Shown piece after piece: positions 25,501-37,656 of a DNA stretch of 64,000 nucleotides. Location: the NCBI RefSeq assembly GCF_964213995.1, contig NW_027590147.1, forward strand, positions 124,001 through 188,000, read 5' to 3'. Origin of the DNA: Mustelus asterias. Taxonomy: Eukaryota. A model generated the notes under the pieces. It made no database searches, was not told the DNA's origin, and saw only the letters and a list, made by a program, of their open reading frames with translations. Position numbers and translations under genes: made by a program. The stretch's first letter is position 1. Each line of letters opens with the position of its first letter.

Positions 25501-25685
25501 AAGTTAGTTCCTGGCCTCCAGAATTGGTCTCTTTTTCATTAAGCCACAGAAACATTGAATTATTACACTACAGAAAATGACTAACCCATCATGCATTTGC
25601 TGGTTCTCTACAAGGGAATCAGCTCATCCCACTACCCTGTCTTTTCACTAACAAGACCAACAGAAAATATTTCCCATCCCCAAAA

Positions 25686-26030
25686 CGGGCGGCACGGTAG
25701 CACAGTGGTTAGCACTGCTGCTTCACAGCTCCAGGGACCTGGGTTCGATTCCTGGCTTGGGTCACTGTCTGTGCGGAGTTTGCACATTCTCCTCGTGTCT
25801 GTGTGGGTTTCCTCTGGGTGTTCTGGTTTCCTTCCACAGTCCAAAGATGTGCCGGTTAGGTTGATTGGCTATGCTAAAATAAAATTGCCCCTCAGTGTCC
25901 TGGGATGCGTAGATTAGAGGGATTAGCGGGTAAAATATGTAGGGATATGGGGGTAGGGCCTGGGTGGGATTGTGGTTGGTGCAGACTCGATGGGCCGAAT
26001 GGCCTCTTTCTGCACTGTAGGGTTTCTCTG
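25686..26030 (+). mobile_element. HE1-type SINE, CR1-type tail
   Basis: Full head, core and tail. Confidence 0.9.
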
Positions 26031-26789
26031 AAATTACCTGTGGAGAAGATTATGTTTTATCTTCTTGAACAGCTGCAGTCCATGTGGTGAAGGTGCTCCC
26101 CTTTAGGTCAAGAGTTACAGGCTATTCACCCAGTGATGATGAAGGGACAGTGATACATCTCCAAATCAATAATTACAATGTGTATTTATACAGCATCTTT
26201 CATGTACTGGAGCATTCTGAGGCGTTTCTCAGGTGTGTTATAAAGCAACATTTGACATAGAGTCATGTGAGCAGACATGAGGGTGGATGGGTAAAGGTTT
26301 GGTTAAAGAGGTAGTTTTAATGAGTATCTTAAAGGAAGGATGACACAGAGGGGGAGCAGGGGGGGGGGAGTATGACACAGAGGGGGAGTATCTTAAAGGA
26401 AGGATGACACAGAGGGGGAGCAGTTTAGGGGGAAATTCCGAAGATTATGGCCTTGGTAACTGGGAGTGCGGACACGTATGATGGAGTGATTAAAACTGTG
26501 AATGCTGAGGAAGCCGGAATGAAAGGAATGCAGAGATATTGGAGGGTTGTGAGGCGAGAGGAGATTACAGAGATGGGGAGGGGTGAAACCATGGAGGGAC
26601 TTGAGAACAAGGATGAGAAATTTAAAATGTTGATTCATAAACAGGAGCCTTTGTGGTGGGTGAACAAGATTTGGAATGAGTAAACACGTGGGCAGCAGGA
26701 TTGTGATGACCTCAAGTTAATAGACAGGTTGAGTGAGGGAGACCGGCCAGGGGTGTGTTAGAATGATTAAGTCTAATGGTAACAAGCAC

Positions 26790-29292
26790 TCAGAACCTGC
26801 ATGGATCAGCTGGCCGGGGTATTCGCAGACATCATCAACCTCTCTTTACAACAATCTGAGGTCCTATCTGCTTCAAGAAGATGACCATCATCTCAGTACG
26901 AAAGAAAAGCCAAGCAGCGTGCCTTAATGGCTCTCGTCCGGTGGGTCTAACATCCATCATTATGAAGTGCTTCAAAAGGTTAGCCTCTCGGACTGCCTGG
27001 ATCCGATACAGTTCGCCTACCGCCCAACAAGTCCACAGCAGATGCCAATTCCCTGGCCCTGCACTCAACCCTGGAACATCGAGATTACAAAGACAGCTTT
27101 GTCAGACTCCTATTTATTGACTACAGTTCAGCCTTTAACATCATTATTCCCACAAAACTCATCTCCAAACTCCGTGGCCTGGGCTCGGCTCCTCCCTCTG
27201 CAACTGGATGCTGAACTTCCTAACCCACAGACCACAATCAGTAAGGATAGGCAACAACACCTCCTCCACAATCATCCTCAACACCGGTGCCCCACAAGGC
27301 TGTGTTCTCAGCCCTTACTATACTCCTTATACATCTATGATTGTGTGGCCAAATTTCACTCCAACTCGATTTTCAAGTTTGCTGGTGACACCACCGTAGT
27401 GGGTCAGATCTCCAACAATGACGAGACAGAGTACAGGAATGAGATAGAGAATCTGGTGAACTGGTGCGACAACAATAATCTCTCCCTCAATGTAAACAAA
27501 ATGAAGGAGATTGTCATCGACTTAAGGAAACATAGTGGAGAACGTGCCCTGTCTATATCAACGGGGATGAAGTAGAAATGGTCGAAAGCTTCAAGTTTTT
27601 AGGTGCCCAGATCATTAACAACCTGTCCTGGTCCCCCCAAGCCAACACTCTAGTTAAGAAAGCCCACCAACGCCTCTACTTTCTCAGAAGACTAAGGAAA
27701 ATCTCACGGGATCCAGGGTGAGGGAGCTAAATGGATACAAAATTGGCTTGATGACAGAAGCCAGAGGGAGGTTGTAGAAGGTTGTTTTTCAAACTGGAGA
27801 CCTGTGACCAGCGGAGTGCCTCAGGGATCGGTGCTGGGTCCACTGTTATTTGTAATTTATATTAATGATTTGGATGAGAATATAGGAGGCACGGTTTGTA
27901 AGTTTGCAGATGACACCAAGATTGGTGGCATAGTGGACAGTGAAGAAGGTTATCTCGGATTGCAACGGGATCTTGATCAATTAGGTCAGTGAGTTGACAA
28001 ATGGCAGATGGAGTTTAATTTAGATAAATGCAAGGTATTGCATTTTGGTAGATTGAACCAGGGCAGGACTTGCTCAGTTAATGGTAGGCCACTGGGGAGA
28101 GTTACAGAACAAAGAGATCTAGGGGTACAGGTTCATAGCTCATTGACAGTGGAGTCACAGAGTGGTGAAGAAGGCATTCAGCATTCTTGCTTTCATTGGT
28201 CAGAACATTGAATACAGGAGTTGTTGAAGTTGGACAAGACATTGGTAAGGCCACACTTGGAATACTGTGTTCACTTCTATTATAGAAAGGATATTATTAA
28301 ACTAGAAACTAGAAAGAGTGCAGAAGAGATTTACTGGAATGCTACCGGGACTTGATGGTTTGAGTTATAAGGAGAGGCTGGATAGACTGGGACTTTTTTT
28401 CTCTGGAGCGTAGAAGGCTGAGGGGTGATCTTATAGAGGTCTATAAAATAATGAGAGGCATAGATCAGCTAGATAGTCAATATCTTTTCCCAAAGGTAGG
28501 GGAGTCTAAAACTAAAGGGCATAGGTTTAAGGTGAGAGGGGAGAGATACAAAAGGATCCAGAGGGGCAAAGTGTCTGGAACAAGCTGCCAGAGGTAGTAG
28601 TAGAGGTGGGTACAATTTTGTCTTTTAAAAAACATTTAGATAGTTACATGGGTATGATGGGTATAGAGGGATATGGGCCAAATGCGGGCAATTGGGACGA
28701 GCTTAGGGGTTTAAAAAAAAAGGCAGCATGACAAGTTGGGCCGAAGGGCCTGTTTCCATGCTGTAAACCTCTATGACTCTATGAAATTTGGCATGTTAGC
28801 TATGACTCTCACCAACTTTTACAGATGCACCATGGAAAGCATTAGCATCAGCTTGGTATGGCTCCTGCTCTGCCCAAAGACCACAAGGAACTACAGAAGG
28901 TCGTGAATGTAGCCCAATCCATCACTCAAACCAGCCTCCCATCCATTGACTCTGTCTACACTTCCTGCTGCCTTGCTAAAGCAGCCAGCATAATTAAGGA
29001 CTCCACGCACCACGGACATTCTCTCTTCCACCTTCTTCCGTCAGGCAAAAGATACAAATGTTTGAGGTCACGTACCAAATGACTCAAGGACAGCTTCTTC
29101 CCTGCTGCCATCAGACTTTTGAATGGACCTACGTTGCATTAAGTTGATCTTTCTCTACACCCTAGCTATAACTGTAGCACTACAGTCTTGTTTCCTTCTC
29201 TATGAACGGTATGCTTTGTCTGTATAGCACACAGGAAACAATACTTTTCACTATGTTAATACATGTGACAATAATAAATCAAAACAAAACAA
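26790..29292 (+). mobile_element. Rex1/Babar LINE fragment split by a CR1 insertion
   Basis: [56 protein letters not shown]; resumes after 28782; tail gtgacaataataaatcaaaac. Confidence 0.85.
27701..28782 (+). mobile_element. CR1 LINE 3' portion nested in Rex1
   Basis: [29 protein letters not shown]; tail ctatgactctatg. Confidence 0.9.
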
Positions 29293-29787
29293 AGGAATGG
29301 GTGACGGTTTCAGCAGCAGATGAACTGAGAGGAGACTGGAGTTGGGTGATGTTACTGAGGTGGAACTGGTCTTGGTGATGATGTGGATTTGTGGTCAGAT
29401 TCTCAGGTTGGGTGAAATATTTTGCTATGTGAACAGACTGGCTCAGTCTCAGACAGTTTCCGAGGAGAGGGATGGAGTCAGTGGGTGGAATTTGTAGCAG
29501 AGAGCGTTGACAATAACTGCAGTTTTCCCAGGATTAAAATGGAGGAAAATTCTAGCCCAGAGCTGGAGAGATCTTTCAGGGAATCAAAGGATTCAGGGAG
29601 GGGGTGGGAAATTGGCACTAAAACCAGCTCAATTTCACAACCTGCCTTTCTGTTTTTGAGAGTTCTCTCTCACTCCCTTTTTTCTGTTTTAAATCAGTTT
29701 CACAGGGCATTAGAAGGGGAAGATTTGCAGTCAGGGAAACTGAAACCAAACATCACATCAGGATCTGAATATCATCGGGTTTTTAAC

Positions 29788-30822
29788 ATGCAAGAAAACA
29801 GCAACGTTCACAGTGTAGATAAACCGTGGAAATCTGGGGACTGTGAGCAGGAATTCAGATCCCCGTCTGAGCTGGAAACTCATCAGCCCTGTCACACTGG
29901 GGAGAGGCCATTCACCTGCCCTGAGTGTGCGAAGGGATTCACTTGGTCATCCAACCTGTTGAGGCACCAGCGTGTTCATAATGCGCAGAAGCCATTCACC
30001 TGTCCCGAGTGTGGGAAGGGATTCACTCGATCATCTGGGCTGCAACAACACCACCGAGTTCACACTGGGGAGAGGCCATTCACCTGCTCCAAGTGTGGGA
30101 AGGGATTTACTGATTCATCCACTCTGCTGAAACATCAGCAAGTTCACACTGATGAGAGACCATTTAAATGCCTGGACTGTGGGAAGTGCTATAAAAGTTC
30201 TCAGAACCTAATGCGACATCAGCTTGTTCACACTGACGAGAGACCCTTCAGATGCTCTCACTGTGAGACTGGGTTCAGACAATCATCTGAACTCGCTGCA
30301 CATCAGCGAATTCACACTGGGGAGAAGCCGTTCATCTGTTTCAAATGTGGGAAGAGATTCACTCGATCATCAGGGCTTCTACAACACCGAGTTCACACAG
30401 AGGAGAGAACATTCACCTGCTCCAAATGTGGGAAGGGATTCAGCGATTCGTCCACTCTGCTGAAACACCAGCAAGTTCACACTGACGAGAGACCTTTTAA
30501 ATGTGCTGACTGTGAGAAATGCTATAAAGGTTCTGTGGACCTGATGCGCCATCAGCTTGTTCACACTGACGAGAGACCGTTCAGGTGCTCTCACTGCGGG
30601 ACTGGGTTTAGACAATTATGTCAACTGACTGCACACCAGCGGGTTCACACTGGGGAGAAGCCATTCATCTGTTTGCAGTGTGAGAAAGGATTCACTCAAT
30701 CAGCCACCCTGCAGAGACACCAGCGAATTCACACTGGGGAGAGACCATTCACCTGCTTCGTGTGTGGGAAGAGATTCACTCGCTCATCCACCCTGATGAG
30801 TCACCAGCGAGTTCACAAATAA
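29788..30822 (+). CDS. tandem C2H2 zinc-finger protein (12 fingers, 2 degenerate)
   Basis: Within ORF 29422..30822; the upstream part crosses the family splice acceptor (about 29705), so the likely start is ATG 29788. Confidence 0.82.
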   Translation: MQENSNVHSVDKPWKSGDCEQEFRSPSELETHQPCHTGERPFTCPECAKGFTWSSNLLRHQRVHNAQKPFTCPECGKGFTRSSGLQQHHRVHTGERPFTCSKCGKGFTDSSTLLKHQQVHTDERPFKCLDCGKCYKSSQNLMRHQLVHTDERPFRCSHCETGFRQSSELAAHQRIHTGEKPFICFKCGKRFTRSSGLLQHRVHTEERTFTCSKCGKGFSDSSTLLKHQQVHTDERPFKCADCEKCYKGSVDLMRHQLVHTDERPFRCSHCGTGFRQLCQLTAHQRVHTGEKPFICLQCEKGFTQSATLQRHQRIHTGERPFTCFVCGKRFTRSSTLMSHQRVHK

Positions 30823-30969
30823 TCAGTGACTGGATTTTACTGTAAATCACATCCAGGAATGGATTATGTTCATTGACGTCCATTTATTTAAACTGGTGAA
30901 GTGAGTGGTAATTACAAAAGGAGACAGAATGGCTGTGTGAATTTAAACTGTGAGGATTTTTTATGCATT

Positions 30970-31900
30970 TGTGGGACATGGGCGTCACTGCATGGCCAGC
31001 ATTTATTGCCCATCCCTAGTTACCATCGAACTGAGTGGCTCACTGGGCCATTTCAGAGGGCAGTTGACAGTCAGTCACATTGCTATGGCTCTGGAGTCAC
31101 ATGTAGGCCAGACCAGGTAAGGACAGCAGATTTCCTTCCCCAAACGGACATTCATGGGGTGGCACAGTGGTTAACACTGTTGCCTCACAGCGCCAGGGAC
31201 CCGGGTTCGATTCCCGGCTTGGGTCACTGTCTGTGTGGAGTTTGCATGTTCTCTGCGTGTCTGCGTGGGTTTCCTCCGGGTGCTCCGGTTTCCTCCCACA
31301 GTCTGAAAGACATGCTGGTTCGGTGCATTGACTCGAACAAATGCCGGAGTGTGGCAACCAGAGGAATTTCACAGTAACTTCACTGCACTGTTAATGTAAG
31401 CCTACTTGTGACTAATAAATAAACTTTACTTTTTGCTTTACTGAACCAAATGGTTTTTTTCTGACAATTGACAATGGTTTCATGGTCAGCAGTAGATTCT
31501 TAATTCTGATTTTTTAAAATTGAATTCAATTATTTTTATTGAATTAAATGTACGAGGCAAGTTTTTTTTTACAAAGAGTGGCAGGTGCCTGGAACTCGCT
31601 GCCGGGGGAGGTAGTGGAAGCAGATATGATAGTGACTTTTAAGGGACACTGGACAAATGCATGAATAAGATGGGAATAGAGGGGTATGGTCCCCAGAGGC
31701 CTTTTTAGTTCAGACGGGCAGCATAATCAGTGCAGGCTTGGAGGGCCAAAGAGCCTGTTCCTGTGCTATAATTTTCTTTTTTCTTGTTCTTTGTTCAAAT
31801 TACACCACTTGCTGTGGTGGGATTTGAACCCGGTCCCCAGAACATACGCTGAGTTTATGGATTAAGTCCAGGGATAATAGCATTGGGCCATCACCTCTCA
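30970..31900 (-). mobile_element. second-family SINE with a nested HE1-head SINE (31156..31425, +) and a CR1 tail (about 31548..31790, +)
   Basis: Core at 30970..31150 continues at about 31440 and 31800; nested elements recognised by homology to other copies. Confidence 0.75.
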
Positions 31901-33311
31901 TCTGGAACAAAACTGTTTTCACTACTAAGGCTCTGCTGTGATGTAATAGTCTCTATGACATCATCGCAGCAGGACTGGATGACATCATCAGAATCCATTG
32001 TTTCTGAATGATCCACATCAATAACAACAGGAAATACTCATCAAGCTGAGCACATTATCTAGGCTGACACTGCAGTCTGATACTGAGGGACTGCTGCACT
32101 CTGACACACACCATCCTTCACATGGAGCTTGTGGAGGCTCTGGCCACAACCTTCCAATCCTTATAGAGTCGTAGTGACAAAGGACAGAGAATGTAAATGT
32201 TACATCCCTGTTCAAAAACACAGCAATTACAGAACAATCAGCTTAACATCAGCAGTGGGGAAAAGCCAATAATCTGGGACACAATCAACTGACACTTGGA
32301 AAAGTATGGATTATAATTTCCAGTATTTTCTGTTTTTAAATACTGAAAACTTCCCTAGATCTCAAGGCTGGGAGAGACATTCTAGAAAGTATAGGGAGCT
32401 GGGACTTGTCCATGATAAGAAACAATACTTTTCCTTTTATGCTAATACTTGTGACAATAATAAGTCAAATTTTAAAAAAATGAGTGTAACTGAAGGTCTG
32501 AGACTGAAATAATCTGGAGTTAAAAGGAGAAAAGAACCAAAAAACAGAAGTCAGTAACAAGACATCAATTAATCTCTTATCCTGGAGAAATCAAGGATTT
32601 AACACACCGTGTGTTTGGAACAAAGCTGATTTATTTAACAGATTTCAGAATATTAAATTCCAGGTCAGTTAGAGATTAACATCAGAAGAAATAAATGTTA
32701 ATTGTCTGATTGAAGATGGTCGAGAGGAGATTAATACAGGTATTCAAGATCCTGAGGAATTGGGCAGGTGAAATAGTGAGAAAATGTTCCCACCAAGAGA
32801 ACATCAAGAACTAGAGGGCACAGACCTACGTTAATGGGGAAAACAGAGTCAAAGTGATGCAAGGAAAATTATTTTCACCTCGTGAGTGGTTGGAGTCTGG
32901 AATAAACGTCCTGTGAGAGCAGTGGAGGCAGGTTTGATCAAGGTACTCAAAAGAGAATTGGATTGTTATCTGAAAAGAAAGAGTGTGCAAGGTTACAGAA
33001 GTATGGCAGGGGAATGGGATAAGGCTCTTTCAGTGAGCCAGTGCAGACTTGGTGGGCTGAATGGCCTCTTTCTGTACTGTGAAGAATCGGTGACGAGAGT
33101 TCCTGAATGATGGGGAAAGATCACAGACAGTGGTTCTTAAAGGGAAATGGCAACCCCAAAAACACAATCAGCTCTCGATCGAGAATATTAAACTCCAGCC
33201 CAGCTACAGGGATTATTATCAGCAGAAACAAACCTCAAATGTCAGAATGAATGTGGCTCACTCCTGGATGTGATTAACAGCAGCAGGTACAGCAGAATCC
33301 ACTCCCTGCAC

Positions 33312-33818
33312 TCACTCGTGAAGTCGCTGGTGTGTCACCAGGTGGGAGGAGGTAGTGAATCCCTTCCCACACTCTGAGCAGGTGAATGGTCTCTCCCCAG
33401 TGTGAAGTCGCTGATGTGCTTTGAGGCTGGATGAATGTCTGAAGCTCTTTCCACAGTCAGTGCAGCTGAATGGCCTCTCCTCAGTGTGAACTCGCTGGTG
33501 TGTCACAAGGTTGGATGAATTAATGAATCGCTTCCCACACACGGAGCAGGTGAACGGCCTCTCTCCAGTGTGAACTCTCCTGTGTAATTGTAGGTTATAC
33601 ATCTGGACGAATCCCTTCCCACACACAGAGCAAGTGTATGGTCTCTCTCCAGTGTGAACTCGCTGGTGTAATGTTAGGCAGGATGATTGAGTAAATTCCT
33701 TCCAACACACGGGACACGTGAAGGGTCTCTCCCCTGTGTGGGTGCGTCGATGAGTTTCCAGTTTGGATGGGCAAGTGAATGCTTTCCCACAGTCCCCACA
33801 TATCCACGGTTTTTCTAT
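33312..33818 (-). pseudogene. C2H2 zinc-finger gene (6 fingers) with start codon ATG>ATA
   Basis: Frame is open 33818..33312, but the family start reads ACC ATA GAA AAA CCG; in-frame TAA at 33855..33857. Confidence 0.75.
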
Positions 33819-34293
33819 GGTGTCAGTATCATCATGTCTCTCTATATTGAGTGATTAGTTGAAGCCTCGTCCACACACAGAACACATGCACAGATTCACA
33901 TTGCTGTGAATGGTGTGATGTTTTCTCAGGCTGTGTAACTGGTTAAAGCTCTTTCCACAGTCAGTTCACTGGAAAACTCTCACTCGGGTGTGTGTCTGTC
34001 TCAGTGCTTTTCCAGTCACACTGATGTTTGAAATCTTTTCCCGCACTCCACATTCAAAGGCTGATCGTGTTCAGGTGCTGGTGAATTGAGCGACTGTTAA
34101 ATCTTGATTCAATTTTTCTGACTGTAAATCTTCCCCATCAAATATCCTGCAAAAGAAGAAGTTTACAAAACTACTGTCAGTCCAGGATAGAAATTCTGAT
34201 CAGACAAGTCTAATTTCTAAGGAACAACTTTTCTGCTCTTGTTCCCCAAAACAGTAAATCTGTCCCATACACTCTCCCTCTTCCCTGAGCAGA

Positions 34294-34612
34294 GGGCGGC
34301 ATGGTGGCGCAGTGGTTAGCCCTGTGCCTCACAGCCCCAGTGACCCGATTTGATTCCCAGCTTGGGTCACTGTCTGTGTGGAGTTTGCATGTTTTCCCGT
34401 GTCTGCATGGGTTTCCTGCAGGTGCTCTGGTTTCCTCCCACAGTCCAAACATGTGCGGGTTAGATAGATTGGCTATGCTAAATTACCCCTGAGTGTCAGG
34501 GGGGCTAGCTAGGATAAATGCATGTGGTAATGGGGATAGGGCCTGGGTGGGATTGTGGTCAGTGCAGACTCAATGGGCCAAATGGCCTCCCTCTGCACTG
34601 TAGAATTCTATG
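34294..34612 (+). mobile_element. HE1-type SINE
   Basis: Head, core and CR1-type tail. Confidence 0.88.
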
Positions 34613-34799
34613 AGATCCAAATGAAATGCGTATTTTTCATGCATCCTTACAACTAATTTGTACAAATCACTCCAAGGCCTGTTCCTATCTCTGGAATCAC
34701 CTCTAACACTGTGCTGATTCTGGTTTCCTGCACATTCCCTATTTTAATCACTCCACCATTAGTGACTAGACCTTCAGTGCACAAGGATGACTTCTCAAA

Positions 34800-35097
34800 G
34801 AATTCCTACAGTGCAGAAGGAAACCATTTAGCCCATCAAGTCTACACTGACTCTGAATATTTTACCCCTGATCTGTACCCCACTAATCCCCCTTACCCGC
34901 ACATCTTTGGACACGAAGGGGCAATATAGCATGGCCAATTCCCCTGAACGTCACATCTTTGGGCGGTGGGAGGAAACCGGAGCACCCAGAGGAAACCCAC
35001 AGTCACAGGGATAACGTGCAAACTCCGCACAGACAGTGACCCAAGGCTGGGATCGAACCTGGGTCCCTGGAGCTGTGAGGCAGCAGTGCTAACCACC
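34800..35097 (-). mobile_element. HE1-type SINE
   Basis: Reverse-complement head and core. Confidence 0.85.
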
Positions 35098-35139
35098 CTG
35101 ATATTAATGGTGTTATATAAATAGAAGTTGTTGTTGGCT

Positions 35140-35404
35140 GTAACCCTAACTTCCGGTTTTACAACAACACATCGATTTTGTTATGAAATCAAACTCTGAT
35201 TTTTTTTGTCCCCTGTGGGTTATTCATTTGGTTTCACCCTCAACAAATACGGTGGCTGCGCATGCGTTGTTCCAATTTACCTCAATAAAGATGGCGGATG
35301 CGCATGCGCTTTGCAGTACACGGACCTTTATAAACATGGCGGATTTGAACTCCGGCCTGAAACCATCAGAAGGTCTGAGGAATTTGCTTTGCAAATTGAG
35401 GGAC
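35140..35404. promoter_or_regulatory. promoter segment left of the Gypsy insertion
   Basis: TGCGCATGCG x2 (NRF1), AAGATGGCGG and AACATGGCGG (YY1), ACTTCCGG (ETS). Confidence 0.65.
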
Positions 35405-35691
35405 TGATGCGCGACAATCAAGCACGTGGAACCAAGGCTTCGATATTGAAGGCTTTTATTGTGTAACAACTAACACAAATACACCAGTTCAGACTGAAGG
35501 GGTCCTGCCGGAGCAGAGGGTCTTATACCTCGCCACCGGAGGCGGGGCCCCACCGGGATGTGCCATGATAACACTTATAACAGGTAAACACCCTAACCCA
35601 ACAACATTGTACAACCCCCACAGTAACAACACCCTAGCCCAACAGTAACATAATAACAACCCCCAGTGGTAACCAACGATGGTTCACCACA
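35405..35691 (-). repeat. 3' LTR (287 bp)
   Basis: Matches 39778..40072 except an 8-bp indel and one substitution seen by eye. Confidence 0.95.
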
Positions 35692-35756
35692 TTCACCCCT
35701 CCTTTAAAAACAAAAGGCGGCGGGGTGCAAGAAAAAACAGGTCATATATACAGAAT

Positions 35757-37607
35757 TCACAAGTCCAGACGGTCTGGAGGACCGCACCGACGCTGTGATC
35801 TCCTCAACACCGGTTGCGAAACCGGAGCAGGTGCTTGCGGTGGCGTTCTCTCCAAAACAACGTCCGGCTGTCCCCTCAAGGACTCCCGGGCCGGTTGGCC
35901 CTGGTGAGGCGATGGTGCAGGGGATCCTGGAACCTTCGGTGGTGGCGCCGATCTCCGAGTCTCAGGCAAGCTGTACATGGGAGTAGAACTGTTATGCACT
36001 GGTCCTGGTGCTGACCGCGCCACGTCTGGGGAAGCAATGAGGAGTAGTGGATTCGTGACTGGGGGAATAGGAGCGACAGGAGTTGCTACGTCCCCTGCGG
36101 GCGCCAGGTCTCTAATGGAGACAGTGTCCTCTCGCCCGTCAGGATATGCCACATAGGCATACTGAGGGTTGGCGTGGAGGAGTTGGACCGGTTCGACCAA
36201 GGGGTCGGACCTGCGAGCCCTCACATGTCGCCGCAGAAGGACGGGTCCTGGGTACATCAACCAGGCTGGCAATGAGATCCCCGAGGATGACTTCCGAGGG
36301 AATGAGAACATCCTCTCGTGGGGAGTAGCATTGGTTGCCGTACACAGGAGGGAGCGGATAGAATGGAGCGCATTTGGAAGGACCTCCTGCCAACGGGAGA
36401 CTGGAAGGCCCCTGGATTTCAGTGCCAGTAGGACAGCCTTCCAGACTGTAGCATTCTCCCTTTCCACCTGTCCGTTACCCCTAGGGTTGTAGCTCGTGGT
36501 TCTACTAGAGGCAATCCCGAATGAGAGCAGGAATTGCCTCAAGTCGTTGCTCATGAACGACGAGCCCCTGTCGCTATGAATGTAGCAGGGGTACCCGAAC
36601 AGGGTAAAAAGCTCACTGAATGCCTTGATGACGGTGGCAGTCGACGTGTCCGCACAGGGGACAACAAACGGGAACCGGGAGTACTCGTCTATTATGTTGA
36701 GGAAATAGACGTTCCGGTCCGTTGAGGGAAGGGGGCCCTTAAAATCCACACTCAGCCTCTCAAAAGGGCGAGTGGCCTTGACCAATTGTGCCCGGTCTGG
36801 TCGATAAAAGTGTGGTTTGCATTCTGCGCAAATCCGACAGCTTCTCGTCACTGACCTGACATCCTCCACCGAGTAGGGCAGGTTGCGGGCTTTGACGAAA
36901 TGGTAGAGTCTGGTGACTCCAGGATGACACAGATCATTGTGGAGGGCCTTCAAGCGGTCCTCCTGCATGATGGCGCATGTTCCGCGCGAGAGGGCATCCG
37001 AGGGCTCATTGAGCTTCCCTGGACGATACATAATATCGTAATTATAGGTGGAGAGCTCAATTCTCCACCGCAAGATCTTATAGTTCTTGATCTTGCCCCT
37101 CTGCGTGTTGCTGAACATAAACGCCACGGATCGTTGATCCGTGATCAGGGTGAACCGCTTCCCCGCCAGGTAATGGCGCCAGTGTCTGACTGCCTCCACA
37201 ATGGCCTGAGCCTCCTTCTCCACCGCTGAGTGCCGAATTTCGGGGCCTTGAAGGGTGCGGGAAAAGAACGCGACGGGCCTGCCTGCCTGGTTTAGTGTGG
37301 CGGCTAGGGCGAAATCAGATGCATCACTCTCCACCTGGAAAGGGATGGATTCATCCACCGCGTGCATCGTGGCTTTCGAGATGCCGCTTTTCAAAGCCTT
37401 GAAGGCCAATTGGGCCTCCGGCGTAAGTGGGAAGGTCGTGGACTTGATGAGCGGACGAGCTTTGTCCGCGTAGTTGGGGACCCACTGCGCATAGTACGAA
37501 AAGAACCCGAGGCATCTCCTCAGTGCTTTCGTGCTAGCGGGCAAGGGAAGTTCAGTAAGGGGGCGCATACGGTCTGGATCAGGGCCAATGACCCCGTTTT
37601 CCACCAC
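35757..37607 (-). CDS. pol: Gypsy pol C-terminal part (RT end, RNase H, integrase)
   Basis: DASDF, EKEAQAIV, ITDQ, HPG..CxxC, VDFKGP, IHSDRG, GNGQVER; joined to the upstream ORF by a 1-nt frameshift at about 37670. Confidence 0.9.
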   Translation of the reverse strand: MVENGVIGPDPDRMRPLTELPLPASTKALRRCLGFFSYYAQWVPNYADKARPLIKSTTFPLTPEAQLAFKALKSGISKATMHAVDESIPFQVESDASDFALAATLNQAGRPVAFFSRTLQGPEIRHSAVEKEAQAIVEAVRHWRHYLAGKRFTLITDQRSVAFMFSNTQRGKIKNYKILRWRIELSTYNYDIMYRPGKLNEPSDALSRGTCAIMQEDRLKALHNDLCHPGVTRLYHFVKARNLPYSVEDVRSVTRSCRICAECKPHFYRPDRAQLVKATRPFERLSVDFKGPLPSTDRNVYFLNIIDEYSRFPFVVPCADTSTATVIKAFSELFTLFGYPCYIHSDRGSSFMSNDLRQFLLSFGIASSRTTSYNPRGNGQVERENATVWKAVLLALKSRGLPVSRWQEVLPNALHSIRSLLCTATNATPHERMFSFPRKSSSGISLPAWLMYPGPVLLRRHVRARRSDPLVEPVQLLHANPQYAYVAYPDGREDTVSIRDLAPAGDVATPVAPIPPVTNPLLLIASPDVARSAPGPVHNSSTPMYSLPETRRSAPPPKVPGSPAPSPHQGQPARESLRGQPDVVLERTPPQAPAPVSQPVLRRSQRRCGPPDRLDL

Positions 37608-37656
37608 ATATCCGAGGATGGCTAACCTGCGCGTACGGAATACGCACTTCTCCCTG

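Noticed and set aside
26320-26425. Local duplication of about 60 bp with a G-run
   Set aside because: Ordinary slippage or tandem duplication in a decayed repeat
29422-29787. N-terminal extension of the 466-aa ZNF as a possible effector domain
   Set aside because: It runs through LINE-like and intronic DNA and the family splice acceptor; no KRAB, SCAN or BTB signature
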